Shown piece after piece: positions 11,104 through 23,100 of a stretch of 64,000 nucleotides of DNA. The DNA is from Squalus acanthias (taxonomy: Eukaryota): assembly GCA_030390025.1 (NCBI GenBank), contig CM059432.1:17672001-17736000 (forward strand). Direction: 5' to 3'. A model generated the notes under the pieces. The model was not told the origin of the DNA. It made no database searches and saw nothing but the letters and a program-made list of their open reading frames with translations. The translations under genes and the position numbers were made by a program. Positions within the stretch are counted from its first letter, which is position 1. Each line of letters opens with the position of its first letter.

Positions 11104-14100
11104 CTGCAACGAAATACACAAAGATTGTGTTAGTTATTCTGATGAGCTGCAATTTACTACAGAGCACTGATAGAATTGGAGCATCTCAAGATTAACACAA
11201 GATACAGCGCCTTATCCATTGAAATGCCTCAAAGCCTTTCACACAATAGGGGGTAATACTGACTTTGTCAGATAGTGTAAAACGGAGGATAACAAATCGG
11301 CAGCCGATCTCTCACGATTTTACATAGTATTACATTTACAGCACAGAAACAAGCCGTTCGGTCCACAGGTCCAATTTTTAAAAACATTTTTTTATTCATT
11401 CACAGGGTGTGGGTGGTGCTGGCAAGGCCTGCATTTATTGCCCATCCCTAATTGCCCTTGAGAAGGTGGTGGTGAGCCGCCTTCTTGAACCGCTGCAGTC
11501 CGTGTGGTGAAGGTACTCCCACAGTGCTGTTAGGGAGGGAGTTCCAGGATTTTGACCCAGCGACGATGAAGGAATGGTGATATATTTCCAAGTCAGGATG
11601 GTGTGTGACTTGGAGGGGAACTTGGAGGTGGTGGTGTTCCCATGCGCCTGCAGACCTTGTCCTTCTAGGTGGAAGAGGTCACGGGTTTGGGAGGTGCTGC
11701 CGAAGAAGTCTTGGTGAGTTGCTGCAGTGCATCTTGTAGATGGTACACACTGCAGCCACGGTACGCCGGTGGTAGAGGGAGTGAATGTTTAAGGTGGTGG
11801 ATGGGGTCCCAATCAAGTGGCCTGCTTTGTCCTGGATGGTGTCGAGCTTCTTGAGTGCTGTTGGAGCTGCACTCATCCAGGCAAGTGAAGAGTATTCTAT
11901 CACACTCCTGACTTGTGCCTTGTAGATGGTAGAAAGGCTTTGGGGAGTCAGGAGGTGAGTCACTTGCCACAGAATACCCAACCAATAACCTGCTCTTGTA
12001 GCCACAGTATTTCTGTGGCTGGTCCAGTTAAGTTTCTAGTCAATGGTGACTCCCAGGACGTTGATGGTGGGGGATTCAATCATAGTAATGCTGTTGAATG
12101 TCAAGGGGAGGTGGTTAGACTCTCTCGTTGGAGATGATCATTGCCTGGCACTTGTGTGGCGCGAAAGTTACTTGCCACTTATCAGCCCAGGCCTGAATGT
12201 TGTCCAGATCTTGCTGCATGTGGGCATGGACTGCTTCATTATCTGAGGAGTTGTGAATGGAACTGCACACTGTGCAATCATCAGTGAAGGTCTCCACTTC
12301 TGACCTTATGATGGAGGGAAGGTCATTGATGAAGCAGCTGAAGATGGTTGGGATTAGGACACTGCCCTGAGGAACTCCTGCAGCGATGTCCTGGGGCTGA
12401 GATGATTGGCCTCCAACAACCACAACCATCTTCCTTTGTGCTAGGTATGACTCCAGCCAGTGGAGAGTTTTCCCCCTGATTCCCATTGACTTCAATTTTA
12501 CTAAGGCTCCTTGATGCCAGACTTGGTCAAATGCTGCCTTGATGTCAAGGGTAGTCTCACCTCACCTCTGGAATTCAGCTCTTTTGTCCATGTTTGGACC
12601 AAGGCTGTAATGAGGTCTGGAGCTGAGTGGTCCTTGCAGAACCCGAACTGAGTATCAGTGAGCAGGTTATTGGTGAGTAAGTGCCACTTAATAGCACTGT
12701 CGATGACACCTTCCATCACTTTGCTGATATTTGAGATTGGCTGATAGGGCAGTAATTGGCCAGATTGTATTTGTCTTGCTTTTTGTGGACAGGACATACC
12801 TGCGCAATTTTTCACTTTGTCGGGTTGAAGACAGTGTTGTAACTGTACTGAAACAGCTTGGCTAGAGGCGCGGCTAGTTCTGGAGCACAAGTCTACAGCT
12901 CGACAGCCGGGATGTTGTCTGGGCCCATAGTCTTTGCTGTATCCGGTGCGCTCAGCCTTTTCTGATATCACTTGGAGTGAATCGAATTGGCTGAAGACTG
13001 GCTTCTGTGGTGGTGGGGACCTCAGGAGGAGGTCGAGATGGATCATCCACTCGGCACTTTGACTGAAGATGGTTGCGAACGCTTCAGCCTTGTCTTTTGC
13101 ACTCACGTGCTGGGCTCCACCATCATTGAGGATGGGGATATTCATGGAGCCTCCTCCTCCCATTAGTTGTTTAATGGTCCACCACTATTCACGACTGGAT
13201 GTGGCAGGACTGCAGAGCTTTGATCTGAGCCGTGGGATCGCTTAGCTCTCTCTATAACATGCTACTTCTGCTGTTTAGCATGCATGTACTCCTGTGTCGC
13301 AGCTTCACCATGTTGGCACCTCATTTTTAGGTATGCCTGGTGTTGCGCCTGGCATTCTCTTCTACACTCCTCATTGAACCAGGATTGGTCCCATGGCTTG
13401 ATGGTAATGGTAGAGTGAGGGATATGCCGGGCCACGAGGTTACAGATTGTGGTGGAATTACAATGCTGCTGCTGATGGCCCACAGCGCCTCGTGGATGCC
13501 CAGTTTTGAGCTACTAGATCTGTTCTAAATCCATCCCAAACCATAGCCAAGTAGCCTGCAGTAAAATCATAGCCAACTACCAACAACAACTGGAAGCTAG
13601 CCAGCAGAAGCATCCATCCATAGCCAACAGCCAGCTATTAAAAGCTGTCCATCTACCAGCAGCGCCCAGCCAGCCATTTTAAATCAGCAAACCACACCAG
13701 CAGCCAGCCACACCAGCAGAGCAAACCACACCAGCAGCCAGCCACACCAGCAGAGCGAATCACACCAGCAGCCAGCGAACCACACCAGCAGAGAGCAAAC
13801 CACACCAGCAGAGAGCAAACCACCCTGTAGCCAGCTGTGAGCGGCTGCCAGTTCTCAGCAAGCCACCAGCAGCCAGGCCACAAACAGTTGTAATTGCTTC
13901 AGTCACAAAAATAGCCAATCATAAATTACATTATAGATTTTTTTTTGTATCAATGTTATTGGTTAAGTCACAAAAATGACCAATTGGAACTGACACTATA
14001 GACTCCAATTACAAATAGCAAAAATATTACACCAAGGAGAAAAATCAGGCATAAGCCTATAGTGAACCGACCAGAAAGATTCTGCATAACTTCTGGAGAG

Positions 14101-17100
14101 AGCAAACAAACAAAATTTAATAAACAAATTTGTTTCATTGGCTCTGCCTGGTAACTTATTCCATAGATTTATTTCCCTTTGTGTGAAATAAGTCTGTATG
14201 AATTTTCTATTTACTCATAATTCCTGAATTTTTAAACCTTTTGTCCATGTAAACAATGTGTCTGGATCAACACTACCAATCCCTGTAAAATTCTTAAAAC
14301 TCTTACTGGATCACCTTGTAGTCAGCTCTTTTCCAGTGAGAACAAAAACAACCTCCTTAAGCGTTCCTCATAATGTAAGCTGATGAACACAAAAATTCAT
14401 CAGGAGATGGAACCAGAGGCGACATGAGGAAAAAAGAATATGTAGTGAGTTGCTATCATCTGGAATGAACTGCCTGAAGGAGTAGTGAAAGCAGATTCAA
14501 TAGTAACTTTCAAAAAAAGAATTGGATAAATACTTGAAAGGGAAAGATTTGCAGGTCAATGGGGGAAGAGCAGGGGAGTGGGACTGATTGGATAGCTCTT
14601 TCAATAGAGCCGGCACAGGCACGATGGGCCGAATGGCCTCCTTCTGTGCTGTATCATTCTATAATTCTACGAAATCTTCATTCTACTGAACGTGTCATAA
14701 ATTGTAGCATTCTGTCGATGTTGGCTCTGCAGATGTGTTGCTTATAATTTTGCACTTCAGCCACCTACCTTGCGATCCTCTGTCAGTTTAAGGGTGATGT
14801 TGTTCTTGCGAATTAAAAAGCTCACCACCTCTTGGTGGTGGTCGGCTGCTGCATACTGAATGGGAGTCCTTCCTTCCTTACATTCCAGCTTGGGAGAAGC
14901 TCCACTTTCTACCAGGAACTGTACCGTATCCAGGTAACCAGACTTTGCTGCAAAATGCAGTGGGGTCCAACCATTCTGAACGAAGGAGAGAAAATAGCCA
15001 ACTCAATACAATCCTCTGTGATCATTTTCTTTTTCCACTTCAATGTTACCCTCCCCAAGGTTGGGCACTAAATATTCCAGGATACTTAACTTTTAGAAGA
15101 GATAGGCAAAATGGAAAAGGAAGAGGGGTAGCCCTCATAATAAAGGAAGGGATAAAGACAGTAGAGAGAAAGGATCTTGGCTTGGAAAATCAAGAAGTAG
15201 AATCAGTTTGGGTGGAGCTAAGAAACAGCAAGGGGCAGAAAACATTGGTGGGAGTTGTTTAAAGGCCCCCAAACAGTAGTAATGTATGGCAGAGTAGAAA
15301 TCAGGAAATAAGAGGTGCGTGTAACAAGGGTAATACAGTAATCATGGGGGACTTTAATCTACATACAGACTGGGCAAACCAAATTTGCAGTCATACTGTG
15401 GAGGATGAGTTCATGGAATGTATACAAGATAGTTTTCTGGATCAGTATGTTGAGGAACCAACTAGGGAGCAGGTTATTTTAGATCTAGTATTGTGCAATG
15501 AGAAAGGGTTAATTAATAACCTTGTAGTGAAGGGGCCTTTCAGGAAGAGTGACCATAACATAATAGAATTTTATATTGAGTTTGAAAGTGATTTAGTTAA
15601 GTCCGAAACTAGGGTCTTAAATCTAAACAAAGCAAACTATGTAGGTATGAAGGGTGAGTTGGCTAAGGTAGATTGGGAAACTACATTAAAAGACAAGCAA
15701 TGGCTAGCATTTAAAGAATTAATACATAATTTACAACAAATATACATTCCTTTAAGGCACAAAAACCTCACAGGAAAAGTGGTCCAACTGTGGCTAACAA
15801 GAGAAGTTAAAGATAGTATTAGATCAAAGGAAGAGGCTTATAATGTTGCCAAAAAAGTAGTAAGCCTGAGGATTGGGAAGATTTTAGAATTCAGCAAAGG
15901 AGGACCAAGAAATTGACAAGGAAAGAGAAAAAAAGAATATGAGAGTAAATTAGCAAGAGACATAAAAACAGATTGTAACGTTACTATAGGTATGTAAATA
16001 GGAAGAGATTAGTGAAAGTAAACGTGGGCCCATTAGAGGCAGAGACATGAGAAATTATAATGGGCAATAAGGAAATGGCAGAGACATTAAACAAATACTT
16101 TGTATCTGTCTTCATGGTAGAAGACACAAAAAATATTCTGGAAATAATGGGGAACCAAAGGTCTAGAGAGGATGAGGAACTTAAAGAAATCAGTACAAGT
16201 AACAAGGACTGGAGAAATTAATGGGACTAAGTGGCGACAAATCCCCTGGACCTGACGACCTGCATCCTAGGGTTTTAAAAGAGGTAGCTGCAGAGATAGT
16301 GGATTCACTGGTATTAGTCTTCCAGAATTCCCTAGATTCTAGAACAGTCCCCAAGGATTGGAAGGTAGCAAACATAACCCCGCTATTTAAGAAAGGAGGA
16401 AGAGAAAAAATGGGGAAATATAGGCCAGTTAGCCGGACATTAGTATTCTGCAAAATGCTAGAATCTATTATTGGGGACATGGTAATGTAACTTAGAAAAT
16501 CATAATGGCCCAGAAATTCCGTTTGCAGGCCTCCCGCGGGCGGAGGGCTGCGATCTGGAAAAATCTGCGCCTGGACTGGAGGGCTCCCGGGAGGCGCAGA
16601 GTTCCGTTGCTGGGCCTCTCCAAACTGCCGGTGCGCAGGGCCCACGTATCCCAGAGGCGCAGGCAGTTCGCAGCGTCCCTGGGATCACGTGGGCCATGGG
16701 GAGCCAATCAGAGAAGGGAATCTCCCTTCATACATTTGACAGGAAGACCTGTCAAATATATGAATAGAGATCACCCCCAAAACATAGTAAAACTTAAATA
16801 ATTTTTTTTTTAAAAATCACATTTTTAAAATGACTTTAAATTACAATAAATTAAGTATTTTAAACAAAAATTTTATTTTTTGAAAAAAATAATTAAAGTT
16901 TTTAACGGGGCTAAAAATAAACTTACCTTTCTTTAAAGTATTTTTAAATGATAAATCAGTGGAAACATTTTTTTTTTTTACTTTTTTCAACTCTTATCCT
17001 GGTAAAAGCAGGCCTTACAGCATGCAGGTACAGCAGGCGGTGCAGAAGGCAAATGGTATATTGGCCTTCATAGCGAAAGGGTTTGAGTATAGGAACAGGG

Positions 17101-20100
17101 ATGTCCTGCTGCAGTTGTACAGGGCCTTGGTGAGACCACACCTTGAGTACTGTGTGCAGTTTTGGTCGCCTTATCTGAGGAAGGATGTTCTTGCCATGGA
17201 AGGAGTTCAGCGAAGATTCACAAGGCTGATACCTGGGATGGCAGGAATGACATATGAGGAGAGATTGGGTCGATTGGGCTTATACTCGCTGGAGTATAGA
17301 AGAATGAGAGGGGATCTCATCGAAACATATAAAATTCTGACAGGTCTGGACAAACTAGATGCAGGAAGAATGTTCCCGATGGTCGGAGAGTCCAGAACCA
17401 GGGGTCATAATCTAAGGATAAGGGGTAAGCCATTTAGGACAGAAATGAGGAAGAATTTCTTCACCCAGAGAGTGGTGAACCTGTGGAATTCTCTACCACA
17501 GAAGGTTAATTGAGGCCAAGTCATTAAATATATTCAAGAATGAGTTAGATATATTTCTTAAAGCTAAAGGTATCAAGGGATATGGGGAGAAGGCAGGTAC
17601 AGGGTACTGAGTTTGGATGATCAGCCATGATCTCATCGAATGGCGGAGCAGATGGCCTACTCCTGCTCCTATCTTCTATGTTTCTATGTTTACCAGGCGC
17701 AAGAATTGTAAGTGTTTTCTGCGGGCGGAGGGTCTCCAAAAAACAGAACTCTCCACCCGCAGAGGCCCTGCTCCCGGGCAGGCGGAGGATCTGTCAAGAG
17801 CTTTTTTGACAGATCGGAAATGCCGGTTTCCAGCGCATGCACAGTGCGTGCCTAAAACCGGCATTTCTGTTGGCCCTACGGGTGAGTACACAGCGCGTCC
17901 ACACCCATAGGGAACAGAATTTCTGCCCCAATATGATTCAGCAGTCAAGGACATTCAGCCTCGGATCTGCGGGTTAGCGTTCTCCAAGGCGGCCTTTGAG
18001 ACACACGACAACGCAAAATCATCGAGCAGAAACTGATAGCCAAGTTCCGCACCCATGAGGACGGCCTCAACCGGGATCTCGGTTTCATGTCACGCTACAG
18101 GACGTGACTCGACGTCGTTGTCTGGTTCACAGATGTGATTTCCAGTTTTTAAAAAAATGTTAAAAGCTTAACTGCAGACTGCAGCATTTGACACGTTGGA
18201 CCCCCTGTGGCCCCACCTCATTGTCTTAGCTGTACTCTGCTGTGTCTTTGATGTAATGCCTCCCTGACGGATTGTATCTCTGCAGACACATTGTTCTCTG
18301 TCTATATATACTTTGTAACCGATTTGTATTCCCTCACTGTACCTGACGAAGGAGCAGAGCTCCGAAAGCTCGTAATTTCAAATAAAACTGTTGGACTATA
18401 ACCTGGTGTTGTGCGACTTCTCATTTTTGTCCACCCCAGTCCAACACCGGCATCTCCGCATCATGACCAATATGATTAGGCAGAGTCAACATGGTTTTAT
18501 GAAAGGGAAATCGTGTTTGACAAATCTGTTAGAGTTTTTTGAAGATGTAACTAGTAGGATGGATAAGGGGGAACCAGTGGATGTTGTGTATTTGGATTTT
18601 CAAAAAGCATTTGATAAGGTGCCACACAAGAGGTTATTACACAAAATTAGGACTCATGGGATTGGAGGTAAGATTTTAGCATGGATTGAGGATTGGTTAA
18701 TAGACAGGAAACAGAGAGTAGGAATAAACGGGACTTTTTCGGGTTGGCAGGCTGTAACTAGTGGGGTACTGTAAGGATCAGTGCTTGGGCCTCAGCTATT
18801 TACAATCTATATCAATGACTTAGATGAAGCGACTGAGTGTAACGTATCCAAGTTTGCTGATGATACAAAGTGGGAAAGTAAGCTGTGAGGAGGATGCAAA
18901 GAGATACAGACAGGTTGACTGAGTGGGCAGGAATGTGGAAAATGGAATACAATGTGGGGAAGTGTGAAGTTATCCACTTTGGTAGGAAAAACAAAAAAGC
19001 AGAATATTTTTTGAATGGTGAGAGACTGGGAAATGTTTGCATTCAGAGGGACCTGGGTGTCCTTTTACATGAATCACAGAAAGTTAACATGCAGGCACAG
19101 CAAGCAATTAGGAAAGAAAATGGTATGTTAGCTTTTGTTACAAAGGGATTACAGTATAAGAGTAAATAAGTCTTACTACAATTATATAGGGCATTGGTGA
19201 GGCCACACCTGGAGTACTGTGTACAGTTCTGGTCTCCTTGCCTAAGGAAGACATACTTGCCTTAGAGGGAGTGCAACAAAGGTTCACTAGACTGGTTCCT
19301 GGGATGAGGGGATTGCCCTATGAGAAGAGATTGAGTAGGCTAGGCCTATATTCCCTAGAGTTTAGAAGAATGAGAGGTGATCTAATTGAAACATATAAAA
19401 TTTTGAAGGGGCTTGACAGGGTTAATGCTGAGAAAATGTTTCCCCTGGCTGGGGAATCTAGAACACGGGGTCACAGTCTCAGAATAAGGGGTCGGCCATT
19501 TAGGACTGAGATGAGGAAAAATTTCTTCACTCAAAGGGTTGTGAATCTTTGGAACTCTCTACCCAGAGAGCTGTGGATGCTCAGTTGTTGAGTATACTCA
19601 AGACAGAAGTCAATAAATTTTTGGGAGCGAAGGGAATTATGGGATATGGGGATAGTGCGGGAAGGTGGTCTTGAGGTAGAAGATCAGCCATGATCTTGTT
19701 GAATGGTGGAGCAGACTCGAAGGGCCAAATGACCTACTCCAGCTCCTATTTCTTATGCTGTTATCTTGGGGGGTTGTGGGGCTGGCGGAGATTACAGAGA
19801 TAGGGAGGGGTGAGGCCATGCAGGGATTTGAAAACAAGGATGAGAATTCTGAAATCGAGGCGTTGCTTAACCGGGAGCTAATGTAGGTCAGCGAGCACAG
19901 GGGTGATGGGCGAACGGGACTTGGTGCGAGTTAGGACACGGGCAACCGAGATTTGGATGACCTCAAGTTTACGTAGGGTAGACTGTGGGAGGCCAGCCAG
20001 GAGTGTGTTGGAATAGTCAAGAGGTAACAAAGGCATGGATGAGGGTTTCAGCAGCACATGAGCTGAGGCAAGGGTGGAGACGGGCGATGTTACGGAGGTG

Positions 20101-23100
20101 GAAATAGGCGGTCTTAGTTATACCTTGGATGTGGTCAGAAGCTCATTTCAGGGTTAAATATGACACCAAGGTTGTGAACAGTGTGGCTCAGCTTCAGACA
20201 GATGTTAGAGAGAGGGATGGAGTCAGTGGTTAGGGAACGGAGTTCGTGGCGGGGACTGAAAACAATGGCTTCGGTCTTAGAATCATAGAATCATAGAAAG
20301 TTACAGCTCGGAAGGAGGCCATTTCGGCCCATCGTGTCCGCGCTGGCCAACAAAGAGCTATCCAGCCTAATCCCACTTCCCAGCGCTTGGTCCATAGCCC
20401 TGCAGGTTAGAGCATCCCACGTGCACATCCAAGTCCTTTTTAAATGTGGTTAGGGTTCCTGCCTCTACCACCCTTTCAGGCAGTGAGTTCCAGACTCCCA
20501 CAACCCTCTGGGTGAAGACATTTCCCCTCAAATCCCCTTTAAACCTTCCCCCAGTTACTTCAAATCTGTGCCCCCTGGTTTTTGACCTCTCTGCTAAGGG
20601 AAATAGGTCCTTTCTATCCACTTTATCTATGCCGCTCATAATTTTATACACCTCAATAAGGTCTCCCCTCAGCCTCCTCTGTTCCAAGGAAAACAGACCC
20701 AGCCTATCCAGTCTTTCCTCATAGCTAAGATTCTCTACTTCCGGCAACATCCTTGTAAATCTCCTCTGTACCCTCACTAGTGCAATCACATCTTTCCTGT
20801 AATGTGGTGACCAGAACTGCACGCAGTACTCTAGCTGAGGCCTAACTAGTGTTTTATACAGTTGAAGCATAACCCCCCTGCTCTTGTATTCTATGCCACA
20901 GCTAATAAAGGCAAGCATTCCGTATGCCTTCTTAACCACCTTATCTACTTGGCCTGCTACCTTCAGGGATGTGTGGACATGCACTCCAAGGTCCCTTTGT
21001 TCCTCTACACTACTCAATGTCCTACCATTTAATGTGTATTCCCTTTCCTTGTTATCCCACCCCAAATGCATTACCTCACACTTCTCCGGATTGAATTCCA
21101 TTTGCCACTGTTCTGCCCACCTGACCAATTTATTGATATCTTCCTGCAGTCTACAGCTTCCTTCTTCAGTATCAACCACACAGACGATTTTAGTATCATC
21201 TGCAAACTTCTTAATCATACCCCCTATATTCAAGTCAAGATTGTTGATATATACCACAAAAAGCAAGGGACCTAGTACTGAGCCCTGCGGAACCCCACTG
21301 GAAACAGCCTTCCAGTCACAAAAACACCCATCAACCATTACCCTCTGCTTCCTGTCTCCGAGCCAGTTTTGAATCCAACTTGACACTTTGCCCTGGATCC
21401 CATGGGCTTTTAACTTCATGACCAGTCTGCCTTGTGGAACCTTATCAAAAGCCTTGCTAAAGTCCATATACACTACATCAAATGCACTACCCTCATCTAC
21501 CCTCCTTGTTATCTCCTCAAAAAATTCAATCAAGTTTGTCAGACACAACCTTCCCTTAACAAATCCATGCTGACTATCCTTGATTAATCCATGTCTTTCT
21601 AAATGAAGATTTATCCTGTCCTTCAGAATTCTTTCCAATAATTTCCCCACCACTGAGGTTAGGCTGACTGGCCTGTAATTACTCAGTCTATCCTTTTCTA
21701 ACAAGGGTACCACATCAGCAGTCCTCCAGTCCTCCGGCACCACACCTAAAGCCAGAGAGGATTGAAAAATGATGATCAGGGCCTCTGCTATTTCCTCTTT
21801 TGCTTCGCTTAACAGCCTGGGATACATTTCATCCGGGGGCCTGGGGATTTATCCACTTTTAAAGCTGCTAAACCCCTTAATACTTCTTCTCTCACTATGT
21901 TTATTTCATCTAATATTTCACACTCCTCTCCTCCGATAGCAATGTCTGCTTCGCCCCTCTCCTTTGTGAAAACAGACGCAAAGTATTCATTAAGAACCCT
22001 ACCGACGTCTCCCGCCTCCACACACAGATTACCCTCATGATCTCTAATAGGCCCTACCCTTTCTTTAAGTTATCCTCTTACTCTTAATATATTTATAAAA
22101 CATCTTTGGGTTTTCCTTGATTTTACTTGCCAAGAATTTTTCATGCTCTCTCTTTGCTTTCCTAATATCATTTTTAATTGCACCCCTGCACTTCCTGTAC
22201 TCCTCTAAAGATTCTGCAGTATTTAGCCCTCGCTATCTGTCATACGCCTCCCTTTTTTTCTTTATCCTACCATGTATGTCTCTAGACATCCAGGGGGCTC
22301 TAGATTTGTTCGTCCCACCTTTTTTCTTTAAGGGCACATATTTGGTCTGAACCCTCCGGATCTCCTCCTTGAATGCCTCCCACTGCTCTGACACTGATTT
22401 ACCTTCAAGTAGCTGTTTCCAGTCTACTATGGCTAAATCCTCTCTGAGCTTAGCAAAATTTGCTTTTCCCCAATTTAGAATTTTTATTCCTGGTCTATCC
22501 TTGTCCTTTTCCATAACTACATTAAATCTAACAGAATTATGGTCACTAGCACCAAAATGCTTCCCCACTGATACGCCTTCTACCTGCCCAGCTTCATTCC
22601 CTAAAACTAAGTCCAGAACCGCCCCCTCCCTTGTTGTGGTTGCTACCTACTGGCTAAAAAAACTTCTCCTGGATGCATTTTAGGAATTGCACACCTTCTA
22701 TACCCTTCACACTAATTTTATCCCAGTTAATATTGGGGTAGTTGAAATTCCCTACTATTACTGCCCTATAGTTTTTGCACTTCTCAGAAATTTGTCTACA
22801 TATTTGTTCTTCTATCTCCCTCTCACTGTTTGGGTGTCTGTAGTACACACTCCCAGCAGTGTGATCGCCCCTTTTTTGTTTTTCAATTCGACCCATATGG
22901 CCTCGTTTGATGATCCCTCCAACATTTTATCCCTCCTCACAGCTGTAATAGTTTCTTTAATCAATACCGTGACCCCCCTCCCTTTTTACCTCCCTCTCTA
23001 TCCCGTCTGAAAATCCTGTAACCAGGAATGTTGAGCTGCCATACCTGCCCCTCTTTCAGCCACGTCTCTGTATTAGCGATAATATCATAGTCCCAAGTAT

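Larger units (their letters stand above)
15055..19765 (+). mobile_element. Vertebrate CR1 LINE (ORF2 APE+RT, decayed) hosting nested insertions at 16507-18466
   Basis: ORFs 15344..15916, 16221..16490, 18391..18774, 18885..19169 and 19238..19591 are CR1 ORF2 pieces; typical CR1 3' tail. Confidence 0.9.

Noticed and set aside
9628..11121. Standalone 497-aa single-exon channel gene
   Set aside because: The ORF has no true ATG start, has strong splice sites at 11104 and 9731, and joins in frame with the upstream ankyrin exons.
20367..21827. 486-aa ORF as a host gene or domesticated RT
   Set aside because: It sits in a CR1 with TSD, tail and frameshifted upstream ORF2; ordinary retrotransposon.
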